Source of the DNA: an uncultured Verrucomicrobiae bacterium
GTDB lineage: Bacteria > Verrucomicrobiota > Verrucomicrobiia > Limisphaerales > JAFGQR01
Length of the DNA stretch: 64,000 bases
Assembly: GCA_963788655.1 (NCBI GenBank)
Contig: CAWBHS010000038.1
Span: 182,728-246,727 of the forward strand
Direction: 5' to 3'
Positions 43,736 to 53,852 of this stretch are shown here, piece by piece; within the stretch, counting starts at the first letter, position 1, and each line of letters opens with the position of its first letter. The notes below the pieces were generated by a model. That model made no database searches. It was not told the origin of the DNA and saw only the letters and a program-made list of their open reading frames with translations. Both the position numbers and the translations under genes were made by a program.

Positions 43736-44606
43736 TCACGGAGTTCCATAGTTCGGAGTCAGTGCCCCCACCGCGGCCCGGAACCACACTCGGAGTACCA
43801 GGCGTAGCTTCTGGGCCTTGCTGAGGCGGGTTGGGTTGGCGCCAAAGACATTGAAGTGCTGCCGCTCCAATTTGGTCATCAACTTCCAATACACCGAGCC
43901 CATCAATTCCGCGGAAGCCATGGACCGGCGGTCTTCCGGGGGCAGGGTTTCCCGCGCCAGCCGATAGAATTGGCGCGCCTGCGTGGCAACCTCTTCGGCC
44001 AGTTGGCGGAAACGGGGCGAGTACCTGGTGGCGCAGGATTTCTTCCTCCGTCACGTGAAAACGCTGAAGGGCTTCCAATGGCAGATAGATCCGGCCGCGG
44101 TCGGCATCGACTCTCACGTCGCGCAAAATGTTCGTCAATTGGAGCGCCTTGCCCAAATAGTCGGCGTATTGCCGGCACGCGGGATTTTGATACCCGAAAA
44201 CCTCAATGCTCAACAAACCCACCACTGAAGCCACGCGATAACAATACCGCTCCAATTCCATGAAGGTGGCGTAGCGTTTGATGTCCAAATCCATTTCCAC
44301 GCCGCGAATGAGTTCGTCAAAGAGTTCGAAGGGAAGGTGATGGCGCTCGATGAACGGCTGGAATTCGCGGTTAACGCTGATTTGTGGACGACCGCCGGAA
44401 CAAGCGAGCGCGATGTCGTCCCGCCACGCCGCCAATTGCCTCCGGCGCTCTTCCACGGGCCGGGATTCTTCGTCGGCCAGATCGTCAACTTCCCGGCAAA
44501 ACGCATACAGCGCGGACATCCCGTCCCGTTTGGCCTTGGGCAAGAGCACGAAGGCCAGCGCCAGATTGGAAGCGCTCTTGCGGGTGATGGAACGACTCAA
44601 CTCCAT
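43736..44606 (-). CDS. hpnD: Presqualene diphosphate synthase (frameshift near 44030)
   Basis: LYAFCREVDD, YCYRVASVVG, LQLTNILRDV..D..RGRIYLP; C-terminus SAELMGSVYW in another frame. Confidence 0.85.
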
Positions 44607-44609
44607 GCG

Positions 44610-45065
44610 TTATTGCGCCTGGGCCTGCGGCGGAAATTGGGGCGATTCCGACGGTGATTCGGCGGCCGGTCCCGGTTCCGGTTCCGGCTCCGGTTCCGCG
44701 GGTCGCAATGGCGGCAGGCCGCCGGCTTCGGCCAGGGTGGGATTGCGTGGCAGATTGTCGGAATGTGCCCGCCGGCGTTTGCGGCGTTGCTTGTGCCGGC
44801 CGGAACCGGAGGACAATTCTTTTTCCGTGCGATAAACGAGCCGGGTGCCTCGCGCCGAGCCCGCATTGCGCTGCCGGTCTTTGCGCGTCAGGAAAAAATA
44901 CAAAAACAAAATGAGCGCCATCAGCAAGGCGGCGCCGACCACGATCAGAATATCCCGCAAACTGGTTGAAAGTCCGCTGCCCGAGCTCGACGTGGGAACG
45001 GGGGTTTGGTCCAGCGGATCAAACGCGCTGGCGGCGGCGATAAGCAAAGGAATCAGTTGGTTCAT
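44610..45065 (-). CDS. Small membrane protein with basic and Pro/Glu-rich tail
   Basis: One TM segment; RRKRRR, RNPTLAEAGGLPP; operonic position. Confidence 0.7.
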   Translation of the reverse strand: MNQLIPLLIAAASAFDPLDQTPVPTSSSGSGLSTSLRDILIVVGAALLMALILFLYFFLTRKDRQRNAGSARGTRLVYRTEKELSSGSGRHKQRRKRRRAHSDNLPRNPTLAEAGGLPPLRPAEPEPEPEPGPAAESPSESPQFPPQAQAQ

Positions 45066-45075
45066 ATAAACGGTC

Positions 45076-46491
45076 CTATTTGTTTTCCGAGGGAGTTTCT
45101 TCCTCGGTGGCGGTGTCCCCCTGGATGTTCAACCGGTGCATCCGATAACGCAGCGCGTGCCGGGTGATTTTCAATTGTTCGGCCGTGCGCGTCAGGTTGT
45201 ATCGGCATTGTTCCAGCGTGTTCAGGATCAACTCCTTTTCCATTCCCGCCATGATCTCGTCAATCGATTGTCCCGTGGCCAGCAGCGGTTGCTCGTTCTT
45301 GCGCAATCGCGATTCCAGGCCGAAGTCCGGCAAGTTGCGTGCCTGGAGTTCGTGGGTGGTTTCGAGGATCACCGCGCGTTCGACGGCGTTGCGCAGTTCC
45401 CGCACATTCCCCGGCCAATGATGGGTCAGCAATTTCTGACGCGCGGGTTCGGCGATGCCCTGGATGACTTTGCCCATGGAGGCACTGAATTGTTTCAAGA
45501 AATTCTCGGCCAGCAGCAGAATGTCCTGGCCCCGCTCGCGCAACGGCGGCGAAACGAACTGGACGACGTTGAGGCGGTGGTACAAGTCTTCACGGAACTG
45601 TTCCTGCCGGATGGCCTCCACAATGTCCCGGTTGGTGGCCGCCAGTAAACGCACGTCCACGTGCAGTTCCTCGTTGCCGCCCACCCGGGTGAACGTTCCA
45701 TCTTCGAGAAACCGCAGCAATTTGGCTTGTAAGGAACGGCTCATGTCGCCGATTTCGTCCAAAAAGACCGTGCCGGCAGCGGCTTCCTCGACGCGACCGA
45801 CCTTTTGTTTGATCGCGCCGGTGAAGGCGCCTTTTTCGTGCCCGAACAACTCGCTCTCCAACAACATTTCAGGAATCGCTGCGCAATTAAGGCGCACATA
45901 GCTTTCATCGGCGCGCGGGCTCAGGAAGTGCAGCGCGCTGGCGATGAGTTCCTTGCCCGTGCCGCTTTCGCCCAGGATCAAGACGGTCGCGTTCGAGGCG
46001 GCCACGGTCTTGACCAGTTGCTTGAGTTCCCGCATGCGGGGCGATTCGCCGATGATCTGCTCGATGTCACACACCTCACCGGTGCGGACCCGCAAGGCGG
46101 CGTTCTCCTGTTTCAGCCGATACCGCTCCGCACACCGGTCCACGGAATGAAGCAGCGTTTCCGGTTCGAACGGCTTGGACAAATAGTCCATGGCCCCGGC
46201 CTTGATGGCTTCAACCGCATGGTTGGGAGTCGCGTAGGCGGTGATCATGAGCAGGGGCAGCTTCGGCCAACGCGCCCGCGCTTTCGCGAGAAAATCGTAT
46301 CCGCTCATCCCGCCCAGGCGCGCGTCGGTGATGACCATGAAGACTTTTTCCCGCTCGAGGAACCGTAGGCCTTCCTCCGCGCTCTCCACCACCTTGGCTA
46401 CGTAACCGGCATCGCCCAGCATCGTCTGCAGCGAGAGACGCATGTTCTTCTCGTCATCAACGACCAATACGGGTGGCATCACGACGCTCAT
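45076..46491 (-). CDS. Sigma-54-dependent NtrC-family response regulator
   Basis: Receiver domain; GESGTGKE, ESELFGHEKGAFTGA, FLDEIG, WPGNVREL; Fis-type HTH. Confidence 0.95.
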   Translation of the reverse strand: MSVVMPPVLVVDDEKNMRLSLQTMLGDAGYVAKVVESAEEGLRFLEREKVFMVITDARLGGMSGYDFLAKARARWPKLPLLMITAYATPNHAVEAIKAGAMDYLSKPFEPETLLHSVDRCAERYRLKQENAALRVRTGEVCDIEQIIGESPRMRELKQLVKTVAASNATVLILGESGTGKELIASALHFLSPRADESYVRLNCAAIPEMLLESELFGHEKGAFTGAIKQKVGRVEEAAAGTVFLDEIGDMSRSLQAKLLRFLEDGTFTRVGGNEELHVDVRLLAATNRDIVEAIRQEQFREDLYHRLNVVQFVSPPLRERGQDILLLAENFLKQFSASMGKVIQGIAEPARQKLLTHHWPGNVRELRNAVERAVILETTHELQARNLPDFGLESRLRKNEQPLLATGQSIDEIMAGMEKELILNTLEQCRYNLTRTAEQLKITRHALRYRMHRLNIQGDTATEEETPSENK

Positions 46492-48014
46492 GTCTTCAGC
46501 TTCATAAATGTTCTGGTGGGGAAATGTAGGATGAATCGGGCGCCTTTTCCAAGCTCGGATTCCACCCGCACACTGCCGCCATAAATCTCGATATTGTGGC
46601 GGACGATGGACAACCCCAGGCCGGTCCCACGTTCCTTCGAAGAGAAATACGGCTCAAAAATCCGCTCGACGTGATCCGGCTGCAAGCCGGGGCCGTGGTC
46701 GGATATAGTCAGCAAAACAGCTTCTTCGGATTCGGAATGGGCGGTGATTTCGAGCTGGCCGGCGCCCGCCATGGCTTCCCGGGCATTGAGCAACAGGTTC
46801 ACCAGGATCTGCGACAAATGGGCGCGTTGCATCAACAACGCCGGCAGATTGGGTTCCACGCGTTTGACGAGGCGCGTGGTGTATTGCGCGCCTGGGGGAA
46901 ACACCTCCTCGAGCGCGCGGCCCACTTCCTCGGCCACGTTCAGCCGTTCCACGCGGCCTTCGGCCAATTGGGCATAGCCCATCAGCCGGGTGATGATGGA
47001 ATCCGCCCGCGCCACTTCGCTGCGAATGATCTCCAATTGCTGGGGATCAAGCGCGCGGTTCTTCTTGCCGGCCTGTTGCAGGGAGAAGGCGACGGTGTTG
47101 ATAATGCCCAACGGATTCTTGATTTGATGCGCAATTTCCGCCGCCAAACGACCGGCCGACCGCAGTTGTTCCTGGCGCGCGGCCGCTTCCTTGGATTCTT
47201 CAGAAGCCCGCCGCTGTTTTTCCAACAGCACCTGCAAGCCGTAACACCAAGTGCCCCAAAGCATCAGCACCAACACCCGGATTAAAATGGGCTGTGTCGG
47301 ATTTTCGATGGCGCCACGGCTGAGTTCCTCCATCTCCAACGATCTGGGTTGCCCCATCGAATCAAAGATATGCCACAAGGCACTCCAGCCTTGATGTACG
47401 TTGGCCGGAGCGCTGTAGCTGCCAAAATCCAGCATCTCGTCCGGATACGCCACATCCAGTAGGCTGGCCGCCAGGTAACACAAAATGACCGAACCGTTCA
47501 ATACCAGTTGCTGGCGGGCGCGGGGACTGCTCAGGGCATTGCGTACAATTAGCCCCGGAAACAGCCAGAACACCAGACTATCGACTCCCCCGGTTATGTA
47601 GGTCAGCGCGGCCACGAACAGCCAATCCAGAAAGTTGGAACTAAAAATGACCCATTGCACTGCGAGCCGGGACAGCCGGTGCCCATTCCACAGCACGACC
47701 GCCACAAACACATTCACCACCACATAAATGAGATAAAACTGTTTAAAACTCTGTATCGCCACCGAGCGCGGCAGGACAATAGCTTCGTTGGGTTCATACC
47801 AGTGCTGGAGATAAAAATAGTAGAAGAGCACCAGCAGAAACGCGCCCTTGACCGGAAGAATGACATCCCGCTCCATCGTTTGGAGCCGCAGCGACATCTC
47901 GTGCTTACTTGGAGCCGTCTCCTTGAGCAAATCCCGAAGCTTGTGAAAAGACTCCCACCGCAACCACTTGGGACGCGGCTTTGTTCGCGGCGGAGATGTT
48001 GCCTCGCTGCTCAT
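46488..48014 (-). CDS. Membrane sensor histidine kinase
   Basis: Multiple TM segments; AHQIKNPL, NLLLNA, DHGPG, FEPYFSSK, GTGLGL. Confidence 0.93.
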   Translation of the reverse strand: MSSEATSPPRTKPRPKWLRWESFHKLRDLLKETAPSKHEMSLRLQTMERDVILPVKGAFLLVLFYYFYLQHWYEPNEAIVLPRSVAIQSFKQFYLIYVVVNVFVAVVLWNGHRLSRLAVQWVIFSSNFLDWLFVAALTYITGGVDSLVFWLFPGLIVRNALSSPRARQQLVLNGSVILCYLAASLLDVAYPDEMLDFGSYSAPANVHQGWSALWHIFDSMGQPRSLEMEELSRGAIENPTQPILIRVLVLMLWGTWCYGLQVLLEKQRRASEESKEAAARQEQLRSAGRLAAEIAHQIKNPLGIINTVAFSLQQAGKKNRALDPQQLEIIRSEVARADSIITRLMGYAQLAEGRVERLNVAEEVGRALEEVFPPGAQYTTRLVKRVEPNLPALLMQRAHLSQILVNLLLNAREAMAGAGQLEITAHSESEEAVLLTISDHGPGLQPDHVERIFEPYFSSKERGTGLGLSIVRHNIEIYGGSVRVESELGKGARFILHFPTRTFMKLKT

Positions 48015-48192
48015 GGACCTTGCTCCAGACTAGCTTATCTCAGTTCCAAAAATCAACTTTGGGCACAATTATCGCATTCATCGGCAGAATTTAAGCGGTT
48101 TGGCAGCAGAGCCCAGTCCAATTTTGGCTGATCGGCCCGCACGCCAGCCATCAAGATTGCCAATCCGGCCCGCAATCTGGTTTCCTTTCTCG

Positions 48193-51100
48193 ATGAACAT
48201 CGCTTTTAGAACGCCGCCGGCCGGCTCCGTACCACCATCTGGCTTAATCCTCACCACCCGCGCCCAATGCCAGCCCCTTCAATCCTTCAATCCTTCACTG
48301 CTTCACCGCCCTTGGTTACTTCTTCCCCACACGGTGTTGGTTTTGATGTTGGCGGTCACCGTTTTACTGGTCGGTCAATCCACCACCGCCGCCGCGCCTG
48401 CGACCTGGCTAACCAACGCCTCCAGCCTGCCTCCGGCGCCGCTGGATTCGGAACCGCACGCTCAAGTCGATTGGCTCGTGACCGTGCCTCCGACTCACGC
48501 GGCGGTGTACCGCGGCTCGACGGCGAATGAGCTGGTCCTCGACAACGGCCTTGCCCGTCGCACATTTCGGCTGGGGCCGAATGCCGCCACCGTCGGATTG
48601 GACAACCTTGACACCGACGAAGCGTTACTGCGCAGCGTGCGTCCGGAAGCGGTTGTGGAGTTGAACGGCCAGCGCTTCAATATTGGTGGGCTGATCGGCC
48701 AACCCATCCACAATTTCCTCAAGCGCGAATGGCTCGACACGATGCGTGCCGACCCGGCGGCGTGGCGTTGCACCGGCTTCGCGGCGGGACCGACGGAAGC
48801 GCGTTTTCCGTGGAAGCCACGCCGCGAATGGCTCAGCACCGAAGCGGTTTGGCCGCCACCCGGAGTGCAGCTTACCTTCGAATTTGCCGCTACATCGGCA
48901 GCCTTGGAGACTGGTGCCGCCGAAAGCAACGTCCCGCGCGAAATGCTGTTGGAGGACGCCTTCAAAACGTTGTCTCCCGACTGGGAAGTCCATACCAGCA
49001 CCACTTCGCCGCGGTCGTCGTTCCAGAACGAAGGCAAGCCGGGCGAAATCATGGCCGGCGAGAACACCGCCGTCTTTGCCGAACGCAAATTGCCCCCAGG
49101 AGTGAAAGTGGTGCAGTGCCTCGTCGATCCAGGAACGGACCGCAGCGCCAGTTGGGGACCAGGACTCACGCTCGTTTGGCCGAACCGGGTCGTGAAGTTT
49201 TATCTTCGCCCAGGCAAGGAGGAGTTGGGCCTCAATGACAACGGCGGCGAATCCTATCCTGCCCGCATTGATCCGGCTCAAGCTTATTGGTTGCGCGTCC
49301 GCATCGCGCCGCATGCGTTGTTCTGCGCGTTCTCGACGAACGGCGTTGATTGGAAACCGGCGCGTACACTGCAACTGGACCCGCCGTTGGGCGATCCCGT
49401 GGCCGTGCGCCTGGGCAAAACCTCCCGAACCGGCGGCGCCGATGATTTTTCCGAACCCGGCGAACTGGCGCGTTGCCAGGTCAGCCATTTCAGTGCTTTC
49501 GGCGATATCAAGCGTGATCCGAGTGCGCCGCGTCCTGCATTGGCGGACGTGCGGGTGCAAGTGCATTACGAACTGTATGACGGCCTGCCATTGCTGGCCA
49601 AGTGGTTGACGGTTCACAATCAATCGTCCGAACCAGTGCGGTTGGATTCATTTGTGGTCGAGCAACTGGCCGTAGTCGAGCCCGAGTCCATCGTGGACGG
49701 CAACCCACAAAACTTCCGCGGTGAATTCCGCGACTTGGAAGCATTCAGTGACTATGCTTTCGGCGGCAACATGACCGGCAACGCTGACGCGCCCGGCGTC
49801 CGTTGGAAGACTGATCCGCTCTACACCACGCAAGTCCATTACCTGCGCGAAACGCCCTGCCTGCTCGAAGGCGCGCCACCGCTCGGACCGGCGGTGGACG
49901 TTCCGCCGGGCAAGACCTTCGAGTCCTTCCGCGTGTTCGAACTGTTGCACGACAGTACTTGCCGCGAACGCCGCGGTTTGGCCGTGCGCCGCGCATATCG
50001 CGCCCTTGCGCCGTGGGTGCAGGAAAATCCGGTGCTCATGCACGTCCGCAGCGCCCGGCCGGACGCCGTCAAGCTGGCCATCGACCAGTGCGCCGACGTG
50101 GGATTTGAGATGGTGATCATGACGTTTGGCAGCGGCTTCAACGTCGAAAACGAATCGCCCGACTACCTGGCGCAAATCAAGTCCCTGGCAGATTACGCGC
50201 ATAAGCAAGGAATCGAACTGGGCGGCTACTCGCTGCTGGCCAGCCGGCGCATCAACGACGAACAGGACGTCATCAACCCCGAAACCGGCCACACCGGCGG
50301 CGCGCGTTTCGGCAATTCGCCGTGCCTCGGCAGCCAGTGGGGACAAGATTATTTTCGCAAGCTGCGGCAGTTCTTCGAAACGACGGGCTGCGGCATCTTG
50401 GAACACGATGGTTCGTATCCCGGTGACGTGTGCGCTTCGACCAATCATCCCGGGCATCACGGACTGAACGATTCGCAATGGACCCAGTGGAAGGTCATCA
50501 GCGATTTCTACAAGTGGTGCCGCGGCCGGGGCATCTATTTGAACGTGCCGGACTGGTATTATCTCAGCGGCTCGACCAAGTGCGGCATGGGCTATCGCGA
50601 ATCCAATTGGTCCCTCCCGCGCGATGAACAGGAAATCATCGAACGCCAGAATGTTTTCGACGGCACCTGGGAAAAGACGCCGAGCATGGGCTGGATGTTT
50701 GTGCCGCTGGTGCAATATCACGGTGGCGGAGCGGCGGCGACCATTGAGCCGCTGAAGGACCACCTCGCCCATTACGAAAGCCGGCTGGCCAATCTCTTTG
50801 GCGCCGGCGTGCAGGCGTGCTATCGTGGACCGCGCTTGTTGACGCACCGGAAACCACGCGCGGTCGTGAAGCGGTGGGTGGATTTTTACAAACTGCACCG
50901 CGCGATCCTGGATTCCGATCTCATTCATCTGCGGCGTCCCGATGGCCGCGATTGGGATGGCTGGCTGCACGTCAATCCGAAACTGCCGCGAACGTGGACT
51001 GGCGATGCTTTACAATCCGCTGCCCCAATCCATCACGCGTCAGATTACGCTGCCGCTGTATTACACCGGCTTGACCAACGCCGCGTTGATTCGCGAAGCC

Positions 51101-51962
51101 GACGGCGAAGCCAAATCCTATTCTTTGGACCGCGAATATCGCGCGACGGTGAGCGTCACCCTTCCGGCGAAGGGCCGCACTTGGCTGGTGGTGGAATCGC
51201 CGGACGCCCCGCCGTTTCCTGGGAAACGATCTGCCTGGAACGGTTACGACCGCTACGATTTCACCGTGGATGGCCGGCCCGTTCTGGTCGTGGCGCCCAA
51301 AGCAAGCGGCGCCTGGCAAGCCCTGGGTATGGGAAGGGGAATTCTTCGGTCACAAGCCCGCGCCGGACGTTGCCTTGCTTGGCAAAGGATTTCACGTCGT
51401 TTACATGAGCGTGCCCGACATGCTCGGTTGCCCGGAAGCGGTGGCGCATTGGAATGCGTTCTACCGGGAGTTGACCGGAAAATATGGCTTCGCGAAGAAA
51501 GCCGCGGTGACCGGCCTGAGCCGGGGCGGCCTTTACTGCTACAACTGGGCCGAGGCGAATCCTGACAAAGTTGCGTGCATCTACGGCGACGCGCCGGTGT
51601 GCGACTTCAAGAGTTGGCCAGGCGGCCAAGGCAAGGGCCAAGGCAGTCCGCGCGACTGGCAACTGGTGATGGAGCGGTACCATTTCGCGTCGGAAGCAGA
51701 GGCGCTGGCTTACGACAAGAATCCTATCGACAACCTCGCGCCCCTCGCCCGCGCCAAGGTGCCGCTGCTGCATGTGTACGGCGACGCCGACCAAGTGGTG
51801 CCGTGGGAGGAAAATACGGGCATTGTGGCGCAGAGGTATCGCCAACTTGGCGGCAGCATCACGCTTATCGCCAAACCCGGCGTGGGACATCACCCGCACG
51901 GCCTGGACGACTCGACGCCGATTGTGGAGTTCATCCTGAAACATGCGTTGCCGGCGGAATAA
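48193..51962 (+). CDS. Large secreted GH36/alpha-galactosidase-like protein, probably fused to a C-terminal alpha/beta hydrolase (two frameshifts)
   Basis: EHDGSYPG, LNVPDWY, GMGYRE, LRRPDGRDWDG; frames overlap near 50990 and 51310; hydrolase GLSRGG, DADQVV, GHHPHG. Confidence 0.65.
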
Positions 51963-52448
51963 GGGGGAGAGAAAACCGAAAGCTGAGTGCAGTGCTTCTT
52001 GCGTTGCTACCTGTACAACGTCACCACTCAATGGAACACTTCGGACTTCGCCCTACGCTTCTTCCTTCGTGAGATGGGCACTCTCCCGAGACAGCCAGGT
52101 GGGCGTACGCACAATCGACACCCCTGCATCACCAACAGTGAAACAGTGACAAGCATGCGTTACATCCTTCGTCCGCATCGAGCTGCAGCAGCAAAACCTT
52201 GTGCAATACCAGCGAAGGTTGGGCAACTGTGGTGAGGCGGCGCGAGGACCAACCACGCCAATCTGATTTGTAACGTCCCGATTGCGCGGCACGTCTTAAT
52301 TCACCAAGAAAGACTTCTTTCGCGGACGGTTTCGGGTATAACGATACCGGAAACTCTGAGCCTTCGAGCCGGGTTTGATGTTAGATTTGACCGTTGCTTC
52401 CGGGCCACCTGATCCTGCCGGGAGAACAGGCATGACGAACTGTAGTAT

Positions 52449-53849
52449 ATGAGCACAACTGACCTTCTTGCCCACCGGGCGGCGAATCCGACGGCAACCG
52501 GGCTGCCCTCGGGCCTGCATTACCCACGCATTTCCCGCCGCGAAGCTTTGCGTCGCGGCCTCAGTGGCGCTGCCGGATTGCTGCTCGCCGGTCGCGTCGG
52601 ATTGCCGGTAGTGATGGCAGCGCAACCGGAAAAACCAAAGGCCAAGGCCAAGGCGGTCATCCAAATCTGGATGTGGGGCGGCCCCGCGCATCTGGATACG
52701 TTTGATCCGAAGCCCGAAGCCGGCCAGGCATATTGCGGTCCGCTGCTCAATCCGATTGCCACCAACGTGGACGGCATCCGCATCGGCGAATTGTTGCCGC
52801 TGCTCGCCAAACAGGCGGACAAGTATTCCATCATTCGCAGCATGACCCACGGTGTGAACGGCCACGAGACCGCGTCCTACCTGGTGCAGACGGGCCGCAA
52901 GCCGGGTGATGGGGAAGTCTATCCGGCCGTCGGGGCGGTGGTGTCGCTGTTCAAGGGTTACGAAGCTGGTTACACCGGCCTCATTCCGCCTTACATTGTG
53001 TTGACCGAACCGCAGGGGCGATTCTCGGAGGCCGGCTTCCTGGGCTCGCGGTTTAAGCCCTTCGCCACCGGAGGTGATCCGGCGAAAACGCCCTTTGTCG
53101 TGGAAGGCGTCGTGGCCCAGGGCATTTCGGAAAAACGCCAGCACGACCGTCGCGATTTGCTGCACAACCTCGACACCCTGGGACAGATTTTGAAAACCCA
53201 ACCGCAGTTGCAGGCGCTCAACCAATGCGAGAAACAAGCTTACGACTTGATCTTGGGCGACGCCGGCAAGGTGTTTGATCTATCGGATGAAAAGGCCGAA
53301 TTGCGCGAACAGTATGGCCGCAGCAGCTTTGGGCAGTCCTGCCTGGTGGCGCGACGGCTGGTCGAACGCGGCGTCCCCTATGTCACCATCAATTACAAAG
53401 GCTGGGACACCCACAAGGAACACTTCCCGGCCATGCGCCGGAAGCTGCCGGAATTGGACAAAGGCATGGCCACGCTGTTGCAGGATTTGTCCGACCGGGG
53501 CCTGCTGGAGAGCACCATTATTTGGTGGGGAGGCGAATTTGGTCGAACGCCCAAGGTCGATTACAATCCGCCTTGGAACGGGGGCCGCGGTCATTATGGG
53601 AAAGTCTTCTCGGTAGTGGTCGCCGGGGGTGGATTCAAGGGCGGCCACGTGGTGGGGGCGTCGGATGCAAAAGGCGAGGAAGTGAAGGAGCGGCCCGTGT
53701 ACCCGGTCGATCTGATCGGCAGCATGTATGAATTGCTCGGTATCGATCCCAACGGCAAGTTGCCGCATCCCCAGGGCAAGCTGGTGTATGTCACGCCCTC
53801 CGCGAAGGAGGACGTGAAGCGCGGCGGACTCTTGCGGGAAATCATGTAA
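52449..53849 (+). CDS. DUF1501 domain protein, Tat-exported
   Basis: SRREAL, WMWGGPAHLDTFDPKP, ARRLVERGV, WDTH, GEFGRTP, GRGH. Confidence 0.92.
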   Translation: MSTTDLLAHRAANPTATGLPSGLHYPRISRREALRRGLSGAAGLLLAGRVGLPVVMAAQPEKPKAKAKAVIQIWMWGGPAHLDTFDPKPEAGQAYCGPLLNPIATNVDGIRIGELLPLLAKQADKYSIIRSMTHGVNGHETASYLVQTGRKPGDGEVYPAVGAVVSLFKGYEAGYTGLIPPYIVLTEPQGRFSEAGFLGSRFKPFATGGDPAKTPFVVEGVVAQGISEKRQHDRRDLLHNLDTLGQILKTQPQLQALNQCEKQAYDLILGDAGKVFDLSDEKAELREQYGRSSFGQSCLVARRLVERGVPYVTINYKGWDTHKEHFPAMRRKLPELDKGMATLLQDLSDRGLLESTIIWWGGEFGRTPKVDYNPPWNGGRGHYGKVFSVVVAGGGFKGGHVVGASDAKGEEVKERPVYPVDLIGSMYELLGIDPNGKLPHPQGKLVYVTPSAKEDVKRGGLLREIM

Positions 53850-53852
53850 CCA

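Noticed and set aside
42801..44606. 601-aa HpnD-HpnK fusion in the ORF track
   Set aside because: Produced by a frameshift near 44030. The real HpnD C-terminus is in another frame ending at 43736, and HpnK has its own ATG at 43634.
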